From: Lentimicrobiaceae bacterium
Lineage (GTDB): Bacteria > Bacteroidota > Bacteroidia > Bacteroidales > JAAYJT01
Length of the DNA stretch: 64,000 nt
Reading direction: 5' to 3'
Assembly (NCBI GenBank): GCA_037446395.1
Contig: JBBIIP010000016.1
Location: 721-64,720, forward strand
Positions 52,214-61,580 of the stretch are shown here, piece by piece. Both the position numbers and the translations under genes were made by a program. The notes under the pieces are model-generated. The model did not search any database and was not told where the DNA came from. It saw only the letters and a list, made by a program, of their open reading frames with translations. The number at the start of each line of letters is the position of its first letter. Positions within the stretch are counted from its first letter, which is position 1.

Positions 52214-52591
52214 ATGGAGGAGAGCTTATTATATAAGGAAGAAACGTATAAGATCATTGGGGCGTTGATGGAGGTTCACAAAACGTTAGGCTGTGGATTT
52301 CTTGAAGCCGTTTACCAGGAGGCAATTGAGCTTGAATTTAGACTGCAAAATATCCCCTTCGAAACCGAAAAGCGGATCAATATCAGCTACAAGGGAATTC
52401 AACTCGAAAAGTCATATATCGCTGATTTCGTTTGCTTCGACTCGATCATCATCGAAATAAAAGCACTCTCAGCCCTGACCACCGACCACGAAGCTCAAAT
52501 TATGAATTACCTGAAAGCAACCGGCCTGAAGGTAGGAATTCTTGTTAATTTCGGTGAGAAAAGCCTGAAATACAAACGCTTTATATATTAA
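52214..52591 (+). CDS. GxxExxY protein (PD-(D/E)xK nuclease superfamily)
   Basis: LGCGFLEAVYQEA motif, YIADFV...IIIEIKA, EAQIMNYLKAT...GILVNFG. Confidence 0.93.
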   Translation: MEESLLYKEETYKIIGALMEVHKTLGCGFLEAVYQEAIELEFRLQNIPFETEKRINISYKGIQLEKSYIADFVCFDSIIIEIKALSALTTDHEAQIMNYLKATGLKVGILVNFGEKSLKYKRFIY

Positions 52592-52595
52592 TCCT

Positions 52596-52625
52596 TGTCC
52601 ACAAAATACACAGATTACACAGATT
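52596..52625 (+). repeat. Fourth direct copy of the repeat, 4 nt after GxxExxY stop
   Basis: TGTCC-ACAAAAT-AC-ACAGATT-AC-ACAGATT. Confidence 0.9.
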
Positions 52626-52745
52626 GCCAAGATACATTATCAATTTTATACAGAAATATACATTGCCTGAAAACCATTGGCTGATGACCATAAGACCTGG
52701 CAATCTCAGAGCGCTGAACCAAAAGTACCAGAACATAGCATTTAA

Positions 52746-52775
52746 AATCTGTGTAATCCGTGAAATCTGTGGACA
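52746..52775 (-). repeat. Inverted copy of the repeat
   Basis: Reverse complement reads TGTCC-ACAGATT-TC-ACGGATT-AC-ACAGATT. Confidence 0.92.
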
Positions 52776-52985
52776 CTGCATTTGACCTATCTACCCATGT
52801 AAACGTATTAGAAAATTTAAACTGATAATCCGACAGTTTATTCGACCGGTATATAATTATGCGTTTAATTCATAAGCATATTACTTTCAGATGTAGCAGC
52901 ATCAAAAAATATTGCAAACAGAACATTTGCTGTATAAATAGACACAAATGCAGGCTCCTTTCTGTTTAATTTAGTAAAAAGAAAT

Positions 52986-54119
52986 ATGGATAAAATAAAG
53001 ATATTGTTTATTATAGGAACCAGGCCTGAGGCGATTAAGATTGCTCCAATAATCATAGAGTTGTACAAATATCCTCAGTATTTTCAACCTTTGATTTGTG
53101 TTACCGGTCAGCATCGGCAAATGCTCGATCAAGTTTTGGATTTTTTTCAGATAACACCTGATTTCGATCTCAACATAATGAAGCACATTCAGACATTATC
53201 TGATGTTACTGCAGCGTGCGTTAAGGGTATCGAAAAAGTTCTAAGAGATTGCGCTCCTAACATTGTTTGCGTTCAAGGAGATACGACCTCTGCATTTGCT
53301 GGAGCACTATCTGCTTTTTATTATAAGATCATCGTAGCGCATGTTGAGGCAGGTTTAAGAAGCGGAAACAAATATTCCCCATACCCTGAAGAATTGAACA
53401 GGGTTCTTATAAGCAGACTTGCGGATCTGCATTTCGCCCCAACAGAAAAAGCCAGGGCTAATCTGGTTCACGAAGGGATAGATGAAAACATTCATGTTGT
53501 CGGCAATACAGTCATTGATGCATTGTATCTTGGTTTAAAATTAATTGAACAATCACACGTTGAAAAATATTGTTCTTTCTTTAGGATGATCGATTTCAAT
53601 AAACGCATCATATTAATCACCGGTCATCGGCGAGAAAGCTTTGGCGAAGGTTGTATGAATATTTGTCATGCCATTAAACAAATTTCGAGCGATTATCCCG
53701 ATGTTGAAATCGTTTATCCCGTTCATCTAAACCCAAATGTTCGTGAGCCAGTAACAAGAATTCTCAATAATGTTTCCAATATTCATCTTATCGAACCCTT
53801 AGAATATGGATATTTCATTTGGCTCTTAAATAAATGTTTTATGGTGTTGACAGATTCTGGCGGCATACAAGAAGAGGCCCCTTCATTGGGAAAACCCGTT
53901 TTGGTCATGCGTGATGTAACCGAACGCATGGAAGGGATAGAATCCGGCACTGCAAAACTTGTTGGGACTTCAATCGATGCGATATACAATGAAACAAAAT
54001 TGATACTTACCAGCGAACACGTATATAAGAAAATGTCAAAAGCTCACAATCCTTATGGCGATGGATTAGCTTCAAGCAGAATCGTACAGGTCATATCTAA
54101 TTTCCGCATTGCTAAATAA
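52986..54119 (+). CDS. wecB: UDP-N-acetylglucosamine 2-epimerase (non-hydrolysing)
   Basis: GTRPEAIK, TGQHRQM, VQGDT, HVEAGLRS, TDSGGIQEEAP, NPYGDG. Confidence 0.95.
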   Translation: MDKIKILFIIGTRPEAIKIAPIIIELYKYPQYFQPLICVTGQHRQMLDQVLDFFQITPDFDLNIMKHIQTLSDVTAACVKGIEKVLRDCAPNIVCVQGDTTSAFAGALSAFYYKIIVAHVEAGLRSGNKYSPYPEELNRVLISRLADLHFAPTEKARANLVHEGIDENIHVVGNTVIDALYLGLKLIEQSHVEKYCSFFRMIDFNKRIILITGHRRESFGEGCMNICHAIKQISSDYPDVEIVYPVHLNPNVREPVTRILNNVSNIHLIEPLEYGYFIWLLNKCFMVLTDSGGIQEEAPSLGKPVLVMRDVTERMEGIESGTAKLVGTSIDAIYNETKLILTSEHVYKKMSKAHNPYGDGLASSRIVQVISNFRIAK

Positions 54120-54126
54120 AACAAAT

Positions 54127-54858
54127 ATGATACCTAAGAGAATTCACTACTGTTGGTTCGGAAGAGGATCAATGCCAAAACTCGCTCAAAGATGCCTTGA
54201 GTCCTGGCACAAACATTTGTCAGATTATGAATTCATACTTTGGAATGAGAATAATTTTGACATTAATTCCAATATTTATACTTGTGAGGCATACAAGGCT
54301 AAGAAGTATGCATTTGTAACTGATTTCGTTCGATTGTATGCCTTATACCACTACGGAGGGATTTATATGGATACTGATGTTGAAGTATTAAGAAATTTCG
54401 ATGACTTATTGAAATTGACTGCCTTTTCCGGTTTCGAGTCAGATACTCACGTTCCGACCGGAATTATGGCTAGTGAACAACATGGTAAATGGGTAGAAGA
54501 ACTACTTGAATATTACGATGACCTACATTTTATAAAACCTGACGGTACTACCGATACAACGACAAATGTTATGATAATCTCGCAAATCATGGAACAGGGT
54601 GGCTTTACGTTGGATAATACTCGTCGCGATTATAAAGGAATAGCAACATTGTTTCCTACAGAATATTTTTGCCCCAAAAAACTTGCAACAGGAGAAAGAC
54701 TAATAACAGTGAATACATATTGCATTCATCATTTCGCTGGTTCATGGGTGGATCACAGTGTGATATGGAATAACAAATGGAAAAAAAGGATTAAAATCTT
54801 CATAGGCCCGCGTAATACAAAGTTAATTGTCGACCTAAAACGAAAATATTTGAAATAG
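54127..54858 (+). CDS. Glycosyltransferase, GT32 / DXD sugar-binding family
   Basis: MIPKRIHYCWFG, AFVTDFVRL, GGIYMDTDVE, HHFAGSW. Confidence 0.9.
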   Translation: MIPKRIHYCWFGRGSMPKLAQRCLESWHKHLSDYEFILWNENNFDINSNIYTCEAYKAKKYAFVTDFVRLYALYHYGGIYMDTDVEVLRNFDDLLKLTAFSGFESDTHVPTGIMASEQHGKWVEELLEYYDDLHFIKPDGTTDTTTNVMIISQIMEQGGFTLDNTRRDYKGIATLFPTEYFCPKKLATGERLITVNTYCIHHFAGSWVDHSVIWNNKWKKRIKIFIGPRNTKLIVDLKRKYLK

Positions 54859-55201
54859 TTGATATTTAATTAAATATTCCCTATGATCTAGTTTTTATTT
54901 ACTATATGTTCTTTTTAAAATTGCACTATTTTAACGACCTGATAAATTACATTTGTGCTTATATTCATCCTACCCTATCACCAAATCGATGGAGCTGAAA
55001 AGGTGCACATTAATATTATCAGGATAATAAAACTTCTGTTTGATTACTGTTCGAGTTTTCTAGATTAAGGTTTACCGGAGTCAAAGAGTGTGTTCATTAC
55101 CTTGCTTAAAATTGAACCTAAGATCTAATCCATCAACACAGGATTTTAAAAAGTGAACAGCTCAGCTGAATCACACTAGTTTATACTAATAATCTTCACA
55201 A

Positions 55202-56110
55202 ATGCTACAAACGCCTGTTCTATTTATTATTTTCAACCGTCCTGACACCACTAAAAGGGTGTTTGATGAATTACGGAAAGCTAAACCCGGCAAACTATAT
55301 ATTGCAGCCGACGGCCCACGTGAAGATAAAGATGGGGAAGAAGAGAAAGTAATGGAAGTTCGATCAATAGCAACCAAGGTTGATTGGGTTTGTGAGGTAA
55401 AAACACTTTTTAGAGAAAAGAACCTTGGGTGTAAAAATGCTGTCAGTAGCGCTATCTCCTGGTTCTTTGAGAATGAACCCATGGGTATCATTCTCGAGGA
55501 CGATTGCCTTCCTGATCCCTCATTCTTTGGGTTTTGTGAAGAAATGCTGGTAAAGTATAAAGATGATGAAACCATCGCAGGTATTACCGGGGCGTTTCAT
55601 ATGTTAAAAAACACAACTCCCAAGCCTGCGGGGGCCTATGGCCGGATTTCTTTTCCTATTATATGGGGCTGGGCAAGCTGGCAAAGGGTTTGGAAAGAGT
55701 ATGACACGGAATTAAAGGAAGTCAGCAAATCCTCAATAAAATTAGGTTCTTTATCTAAAAAAAGGGCGGAGACTCAACGATATTTTCTTCATCATTTTAA
55801 TAAAGTCAGCAAAGGTGAACTGGATACCTGGGATTATCAATTTGCATACCTTGCCTTAAAAAAATCAATGTCATTCATTCACCCCTATCGCAATCTAATC
55901 AGTAATATTGGTTTTGGAGTAATGGCTACGCATACTAGAAGCAATGCCGATTACTTCTCACTGTTGCCAACCCATCCTGTAGAGCCACCATTCATCGAAA
56001 TCGCCTCGAGTGAATATGATGGTTGGCTCGAACGTAATCTGTTCTCTATGCCTGGCCTGGGAAAAAGAATCGTTTATAAGATCATAAGAATACTTCGCGG
56101 AAGTCTTTAA
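55202..56110 (+). CDS. Nucleotide-diphospho-sugar transferase (GT-A fold)
   Basis: FIIFNRPD, AADGPR, NLGCK, IILEDDC, WGWASW, NIGFG. Confidence 0.85.
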   Translation: MLQTPVLFIIFNRPDTTKRVFDELRKAKPGKLYIAADGPREDKDGEEEKVMEVRSIATKVDWVCEVKTLFREKNLGCKNAVSSAISWFFENEPMGIILEDDCLPDPSFFGFCEEMLVKYKDDETIAGITGAFHMLKNTTPKPAGAYGRISFPIIWGWASWQRVWKEYDTELKEVSKSSIKLGSLSKKRAETQRYFLHHFNKVSKGELDTWDYQFAYLALKKSMSFIHPYRNLISNIGFGVMATHTRSNADYFSLLPTHPVEPPFIEIASSEYDGWLERNLFSMPGLGKRIVYKIIRILRGSL

Positions 56111-56112
56111 TC

Positions 56113-57363
56113 ATGAAAATCCTTCACCTATGTTATTCAGACACTGAGGGTGGCGCTGCCCGCGCCGCCTATCGTCTCCACCTCGCGCTGCTCAAAAAAG
56201 ATGCGGAAAGCATTATGCTGGTACAAACCAAAAGCTCTGGCAACTATACTGTGATTGGGCCGGGCAATACCCTGGGCAGGTTAAAGGTTATAATACGCTT
56301 CTTGCTTGACTCCCTCCGGGTAAGAATCTACCGTGGCCGTAATAAAACGCTTTTCAGTGCTCCCTGGCTGCCTTCTGCAGGTCTGATGAAACAGATTAAA
56401 CGTCTGAACCCCGATATCGTTCACCTGCATTGGGTTCATTTTGGCATGCTGGCATTGAAGGACCTAAAAAAAATTACGGCTCCGATTGTTTGGACGATGC
56501 ACGACAATTGGGTGTTTACTGGTGGGTGTCATATAAAATGGGATTGCAAAAAGTTTACCCGGCAATGTGGCGCCTGCCCTGTGCTGGGTTCACACAGGGA
56601 GAATGATCTGAGTCGAAAAACATTCATGAAGAAGCGCCGTTTTTTTTCGAAAAAAAATAACATTGCCTTTGTCGGGGTCAGCCGGTGGATGGCAAATGAA
56701 GCCCGCAACAGTACCTTGCTCAAGGGGGCTGACATTTTTCACCTTCCAAATACCATTGACACCAGGGCATATAAAATGATTGACCAGCAAACCTCACGTG
56801 CGCTCTGGAACCTGAATCCCAACAACAAACTGATTCTTTTTGGGGCATTTGATGCAATAAACGACATCAACAAGGGCTTTCATTTATTAAGGGAAGCATG
56901 TTCGTTTTTACCTGATCAAAACGTGGAACTGGTGATTTTCGGGTGCAGCGAGCCCAAGCAAAAAATAGAAGGCCGAACTAAAATGACGTTTGTCGGCAGG
57001 GTTGTTGATGATACCAGCCTGGCAACGTTGTATAGTGCTGCTAATGTGGTAGTTGTTCCCAGTTTGCAGGAAAATCTCTCCAATTGCATTCTGGAAGCTA
57101 TTGCGTGTTGTACCCCTGTGGTAGCTTTCGATGTTGGCGGAAGCAGTGATCTTGTTGATCACAAGAAAAACGGGTATCTGGCAAGACCTTTTGATACGAA
57201 GGATCTGGCATCCGGTATCGAATGGATATTATCATCAGAAAACACGCACAGTCTAAACAAGGCTGCCAGACAAAAAGCAGTTGATACCTTCGATTATGAG
57301 GTAGTGGCCACACAGTATCTGCAATTGTACACCTCAATTTTGTCAAAACGGAATCTGCCATGA
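56113..57363 (+). CDS. Glycosyltransferase family 4 (WcaC-like)
   Basis: GGAARAAYRLH, DIVHLHW, WTMHD.W.FTGGCH, PSLQENL...EAIAC. Confidence 0.9.
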   Translation: MKILHLCYSDTEGGAARAAYRLHLALLKKDAESIMLVQTKSSGNYTVIGPGNTLGRLKVIIRFLLDSLRVRIYRGRNKTLFSAPWLPSAGLMKQIKRLNPDIVHLHWVHFGMLALKDLKKITAPIVWTMHDNWVFTGGCHIKWDCKKFTRQCGACPVLGSHRENDLSRKTFMKKRRFFSKKNNIAFVGVSRWMANEARNSTLLKGADIFHLPNTIDTRAYKMIDQQTSRALWNLNPNNKLILFGAFDAINDINKGFHLLREACSFLPDQNVELVIFGCSEPKQKIEGRTKMTFVGRVVDDTSLATLYSAANVVVVPSLQENLSNCILEAIACCTPVVAFDVGGSSDLVDHKKNGYLARPFDTKDLASGIEWILSSENTHSLNKAARQKAVDTFDYEVVATQYLQLYTSILSKRNLP

Positions 57364-57376
57364 AAATTACAAGAAT

Positions 57377-58258
57377 ATGAGTTCAGCCCAGAGAAAATGC
57401 AGAGTAGCGGCCTTGTTGACTTGCCATAACCGTAAGGCGTTGACGCTTGCATGCCTCGAATCCTTGTTCGAGGCGGAGAGGTCGTATGCTTCGGCCATTG
57501 ATCTGAAGGTTTTTTTGGTAGATGATGGATCAACAGACGGAACCGCGGGGGCTATAGAGGAAAGATTTAGCCATGTCAGGATAATTCCGGGTACCGGCGG
57601 CCTTTTTTGGGCTGGCGGTATGCGACTAGCATGGAATACGGCCAGATCAGAGGTATTTGATTACTACCTTTTGCTAAATGACGATACCAGGGTGTTTCCA
57701 AATCTTTTCGATGAATTGTTTGCCGCTCAAAAATACTCGCATGATACTTGGGGGCAGGAAGGCATCATTGTTGGTTCTACGATGGATCCTGCGACAGGAG
57801 AATTGTCGTATGGCGGAGCGGTGATTACCAACAGATTTTGGATCAAATATTCATTCCTCCCTCCTGATGGAAGCTTTCAAAGTTGCGATCTAGGCAATGC
57901 CAACATTATGTTTGTTCATAGCCGGGTAGTTGCCAAAATTGGAATTTTACCCTTGGGATACATTCACTACGGTGCTGATTATGATTATACCCTTTTGGCT
58001 GTGAAAAAAAAAATACCTGTTGTGGTTGCTCCCGCTTTTCTAGGGTATTGCATCGATGATCATCCTGATAGATATGATAAATTCAAACAAATGAGCCTTA
58101 GGGAGAGGATTAAGTTCTATTTCAGTCCCAAAGGTTTTGCATTCGATGACCACCTTAGGCTGAGATACAGGCATTTCCCTTTCAGGTTACCCTTTGTAAT
58201 TGCTTCGGTATTCATAAAGATTCTGACAGGTAAATTAAATTTAATTAAAAGGAAATGA
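57377..58258 (+). CDS. Glycosyltransferase family 2
   Basis: LTCHNR, VDDGSTDGT, LFWAGGM, LLNDD, GADYDY. Confidence 0.9.
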   Translation: MSSAQRKCRVAALLTCHNRKALTLACLESLFEAERSYASAIDLKVFLVDDGSTDGTAGAIEERFSHVRIIPGTGGLFWAGGMRLAWNTARSEVFDYYLLLNDDTRVFPNLFDELFAAQKYSHDTWGQEGIIVGSTMDPATGELSYGGAVITNRFWIKYSFLPPDGSFQSCDLGNANIMFVHSRVVAKIGILPLGYIHYGADYDYTLLAVKKKIPVVVAPAFLGYCIDDHPDRYDKFKQMSLRERIKFYFSPKGFAFDDHLRLRYRHFPFRLPFVIASVFIKILTGKLNLIKRK

Positions 58259-58409
58259 ATGATCTGGCAAACCAGTGTTCACAATGCCGACCTATTCTTT
58301 TCGGCGAAATCAATAATGGCTTTAAATTGAAACCTCAAAGTAATTTCGAGCTTGGTTCGATATCTTAAATATTTTTGCACTGAGTTATCAATTATTTTCA
58401 GGATAAATT

Positions 58410-59393
58410 ATGAATAATAACGGTCTTCACTTTTCAGTAGTCATTCCATTATACAATAAGAAATGGTCGGTGATGAAATCAGTGGAGTCAGTCCTGATGC
58501 AGACTTGCCGGAACCTAGAACTTATAGTTGTTGATGATGGCTCAAATGATGGCAGCGCAGAAACCGTACAGAATATTCCGGATGGGCGTATCCGGCTCAT
58601 AAGGCAGTCAAATGCCGGAGTTTCTGCTGCACGCAACCGGGGTATAGAAGAAGCAAAATACAATCATATTGCGTTACTTGATGCAGATGATTTCTGGGAA
58701 CCCCAATTATTAGATGAAATGGCAGGATTAATACGGGACTTTCCTGAGGCTGGTTTGTATGGATGTGCATTCGACCGGATATATCATCAGAAACCAATCT
58801 CAGTAAATTTTTTCCTACCCAAACTCCACAGAAATTATATTGACGAATATTTTGATCAGGCCAGTAAGCATCATCTTTTCTGGTCATCAGCAGTAGTGAT
58901 TAATAAAGATATACTGCTGCCTGAAATTAAATTTGACCCCAAGATTGCCATTGGTGAAGACCTTGATTTTTGGTTCAGGATAGCTTTGCATCATAGAGTT
59001 GTGTTTTATAACAAAGTACTGGCTCATTATAATGAAGATGCCGATAACCGTGCCATGCGTAAGAGGCATGCATATGCAAAGAGCATTCATTGCTATCTGG
59101 GGAAATACCTGGAAACAGAAACCCACAATGAATCATTCAGAATATTTATCAATCAGTTCAGGATCAGGAAATTACCTGAAGTTAAAATTATTTTTGGTGC
59201 TAGACCGGAAGAAATCAAAAAGTATCGCGCATTGATAGATGTGAAAGGGCAGCCTTTAGTAAATAAAATCTATTTGCACCTTCCCCTACCACTGATTAAA
59301 TTGATGCTTAAAAGCCGAGAACGTATTCGCAACACGAAGTATTGGTTTTCTCGGGTAGCAGAGCAATTTTATTCAAAGAAGAGTTCTGGCTAG
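58410..59393 (+). CDS. Glycosyltransferase family 2
   Basis: SVVIPLYNK, VDDGSND, GVSAARNRG, LDADD, GEDLD. Confidence 0.92.
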   Translation: MNNNGLHFSVVIPLYNKKWSVMKSVESVLMQTCRNLELIVVDDGSNDGSAETVQNIPDGRIRLIRQSNAGVSAARNRGIEEAKYNHIALLDADDFWEPQLLDEMAGLIRDFPEAGLYGCAFDRIYHQKPISVNFFLPKLHRNYIDEYFDQASKHHLFWSSAVVINKDILLPEIKFDPKIAIGEDLDFWFRIALHHRVVFYNKVLAHYNEDADNRAMRKRHAYAKSIHCYLGKYLETETHNESFRIFINQFRIRKLPEVKIIFGARPEEIKKYRALIDVKGQPLVNKIYLHLPLPLIKLMLKSRERIRNTKYWFSRVAEQFYSKKSSG

Positions 59394-59394
59394 T

Positions 59395-60282
59395 ATGAAA
59401 ATCTGCATTATTCATCAGGGTAAGGCCTACCTGCCTGAAACGAAGGTTTATACAGACTATCTTGGCGGCAAAGGGATAGAGGCAGAAATATTTACCTCAG
59501 GATCCGGTTGTCCGGATGCCGATATCTTCATATGTTTCATGGGCTTTGACCCTATTTGGGCCCGGCAGGCAATATTTGATAAAAAGAAAATTATTCATGA
59601 ATATGTAAGCCTTTCAACCCCCCCTTTTGCCAGGTGTAAGGATTATTTGAAAAAACACCTGAATAAACAACCTGCCGGACGCATCTATCTTAATGAAGAG
59701 GTTAGAAAGCGCCTCGCATTCAGCGATAGCATCCCATGGATTTACAGAGAAATGGGTGTCAATCGGTCATTTTTTCAACAACCGACTTCTAAACCTGAGT
59801 TCGACCTTGTATATGCCGGTGCAGACCGTTCCGGTTTGAGGCAGACAATCAGACATTTAGCAGGTCTAGGTATAAAAATCCTGCTCATTGGCGAATTCAC
59901 TTTAGATTTTAGAGGATTTGTTAATATTCCCGGGTACGTATTTTTTACAGGCAGAGTAGGCTACTATGAAATACCAGCTCTGTATTATAAGTGTCGGACT
60001 GGACTAAACTACACCCCTGACAAGTATCCGTATAATATACAAACCAGTACGAAAACTCTTGAATACTGTGCAGCCGGCTTAGGGGTAGTCTCGAATCGGT
60101 ATGCATGGATCGAAAATTTTGCTGTATCACGAAATGCACGATTATTTTGGCTCGAGGATTTAAAGGCAAAGGAGCAGCTCGATGCCTTTAGGTTTCGTAT
60201 TCCCGATTTAAGTGATCTGGAATGGAACCAGGTGCTTGACCGGGCAGGGATAATACCCTTTTTACATTCGTTGTTGGAATAA
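59395..60282 (+). CDS. Putative glycosyltransferase (GT-B fold)
   Basis: AYLPE, LVYAG, FTGRV, QTSTKTLEYCAAGLGVVS. Confidence 0.75.
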   Translation: MKICIIHQGKAYLPETKVYTDYLGGKGIEAEIFTSGSGCPDADIFICFMGFDPIWARQAIFDKKKIIHEYVSLSTPPFARCKDYLKKHLNKQPAGRIYLNEEVRKRLAFSDSIPWIYREMGVNRSFFQQPTSKPEFDLVYAGADRSGLRQTIRHLAGLGIKILLIGEFTLDFRGFVNIPGYVFFTGRVGYYEIPALYYKCRTGLNYTPDKYPYNIQTSTKTLEYCAAGLGVVSNRYAWIENFAVSRNARLFWLEDLKAKEQLDAFRFRIPDLSDLEWNQVLDRAGIIPFLHSLLE

Positions 60283-60327
60283 ACGGTTTGACGTGTACTT
60301 AAAGTCAATGATTAATGTTTTATTTCT

Positions 60328-61485
60328 ATGAACATTTCTCCTATGAAAAAGATTATTCTTTCATCCAACATGCTCTGGACAATCACGCAATTCAGGTTAG
60401 GATTGATAAAAGCGTTGGTAAAAGCCGGATATGAAGTAGTTTGCATTGCCAACACCGACAATTTCTCTGATATTTCAGAAAAGAAAGTTGAAGATGCCGG
60501 CGCGAGATTCTCGAGGGTGGAACTGAACCGCAAAGGCATTAATCCCATACAGGATATCAGGTATCTTTTTGGGTTAATTAATAATTTCAGAAAAGAACGC
60601 CCTGCCCTGGTCATTAATTATTCAATAAAACCGATTATTTATGGCTCAATGGCTGCCTGGTTGTGCAAGGTTCCATCTTTGGCCGTAACTACCGGCCTTG
60701 GGTTTTCTTTTATCAGCAATAACCTGCTAACCCGCACAACAAGGTTTCTATATAAGTTAGGTCTTCTTTTCACGAAAAAGGTGTATTTCTTGAATGCCGA
60801 AGATCGCGATATTTTCCTCAAACATAAATTGGTAAAAGCAAGCAAAACTGCTCTCCTGCCAAGCGAAGGGGTTGATACTGATTACTATCATCCTGTGCCA
60901 CAGCCATCAGAAAAAAATGACTTTTCGTTTATATTGATTGCCAGGCTTCTTTGGGAAAAAGGAATTGGTGAATATGTTGAATCTGCCAGATTAATCAGAG
61001 CCAACGAGAATATCCGCACCCGTTTTCGTTTGGCAGGATATATAGATACGGATAATCCCGGAGCCATCAGCCGTGAACAGATTCAGCAATGGGTTGACGA
61101 AGGAATAATCATTTACGAAGGTACAACCGACGACGTCAGGCCGTTACTCATCAGTTCGGATTGCCTGGTGCTGCCTTCTTATTATCGCGAAGGAGTTCCC
61201 CGCACGCTTCTCGAAGCCGCTGCAATGCAACTACCCCTCATTGCCAGTAATAATGTTGGCTGCCGCGAGGTAGTAGATCATGGCATCAATGGATTGATGT
61301 GCGAACCCAGAAACCACCTCGACCTATCTGAGAAAATGGCAATGATGATTCATCTGACTTCGGCCGAAAGGGAAAAGATGGGGAAGGCAGGGCGCCAGAA
61401 AGTGATGGCGCAATTTGATGAGAAAATTGTGATTGATATCTACTTCAGGGAGATCGAACGAATCTTGGGCACCCATAAAAGTTAG
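60328..61485 (+). CDS. Glycosyltransferase family 4 (PglA-like)
   Basis: QFRLGLI, IKPIIYG, TGLG, ARLLWEKG, PSYYREGVPRTLLEAAAM. Confidence 0.9.
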   Translation: MNISPMKKIILSSNMLWTITQFRLGLIKALVKAGYEVVCIANTDNFSDISEKKVEDAGARFSRVELNRKGINPIQDIRYLFGLINNFRKERPALVINYSIKPIIYGSMAAWLCKVPSLAVTTGLGFSFISNNLLTRTTRFLYKLGLLFTKKVYFLNAEDRDIFLKHKLVKASKTALLPSEGVDTDYYHPVPQPSEKNDFSFILIARLLWEKGIGEYVESARLIRANENIRTRFRLAGYIDTDNPGAISREQIQQWVDEGIIIYEGTTDDVRPLLISSDCLVLPSYYREGVPRTLLEAAAMQLPLIASNNVGCREVVDHGINGLMCEPRNHLDLSEKMAMMIHLTSAEREKMGKAGRQKVMAQFDEKIVIDIYFREIERILGTHKS

Positions 61486-61580
61486 AAACAAAAAAGCCTG
61501 TTCCATCTATCTTTTAGGAGTACAATAATGGTCATTGATCGGAATATGTTTGTAAGATCAAAGAGGGTAAGGTTTCGAAT

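Noticed and set aside
52129-52603. TTGTCCACA as DnaA boxes / oriC
   Set aside because: One mismatch from TTATCCACA, but each is simply the start of a repeat unit, lies inside a glycan locus around a gene, and no dnaA context is visible; not fully excluded without GC-skew analysis.
52098-52775. Classical IS or Tn7/Mu-like transposon (TGT...ACA ends)
   Set aside because: No DDE transposase and the flanks (ATTAC left, CTGCA right) show no target-site duplication.
52581-52781. 66-aa minus-strand ORF across the inverted doublet
   Set aside because: Both ends are translations of the repeat itself; no recognisable domain.
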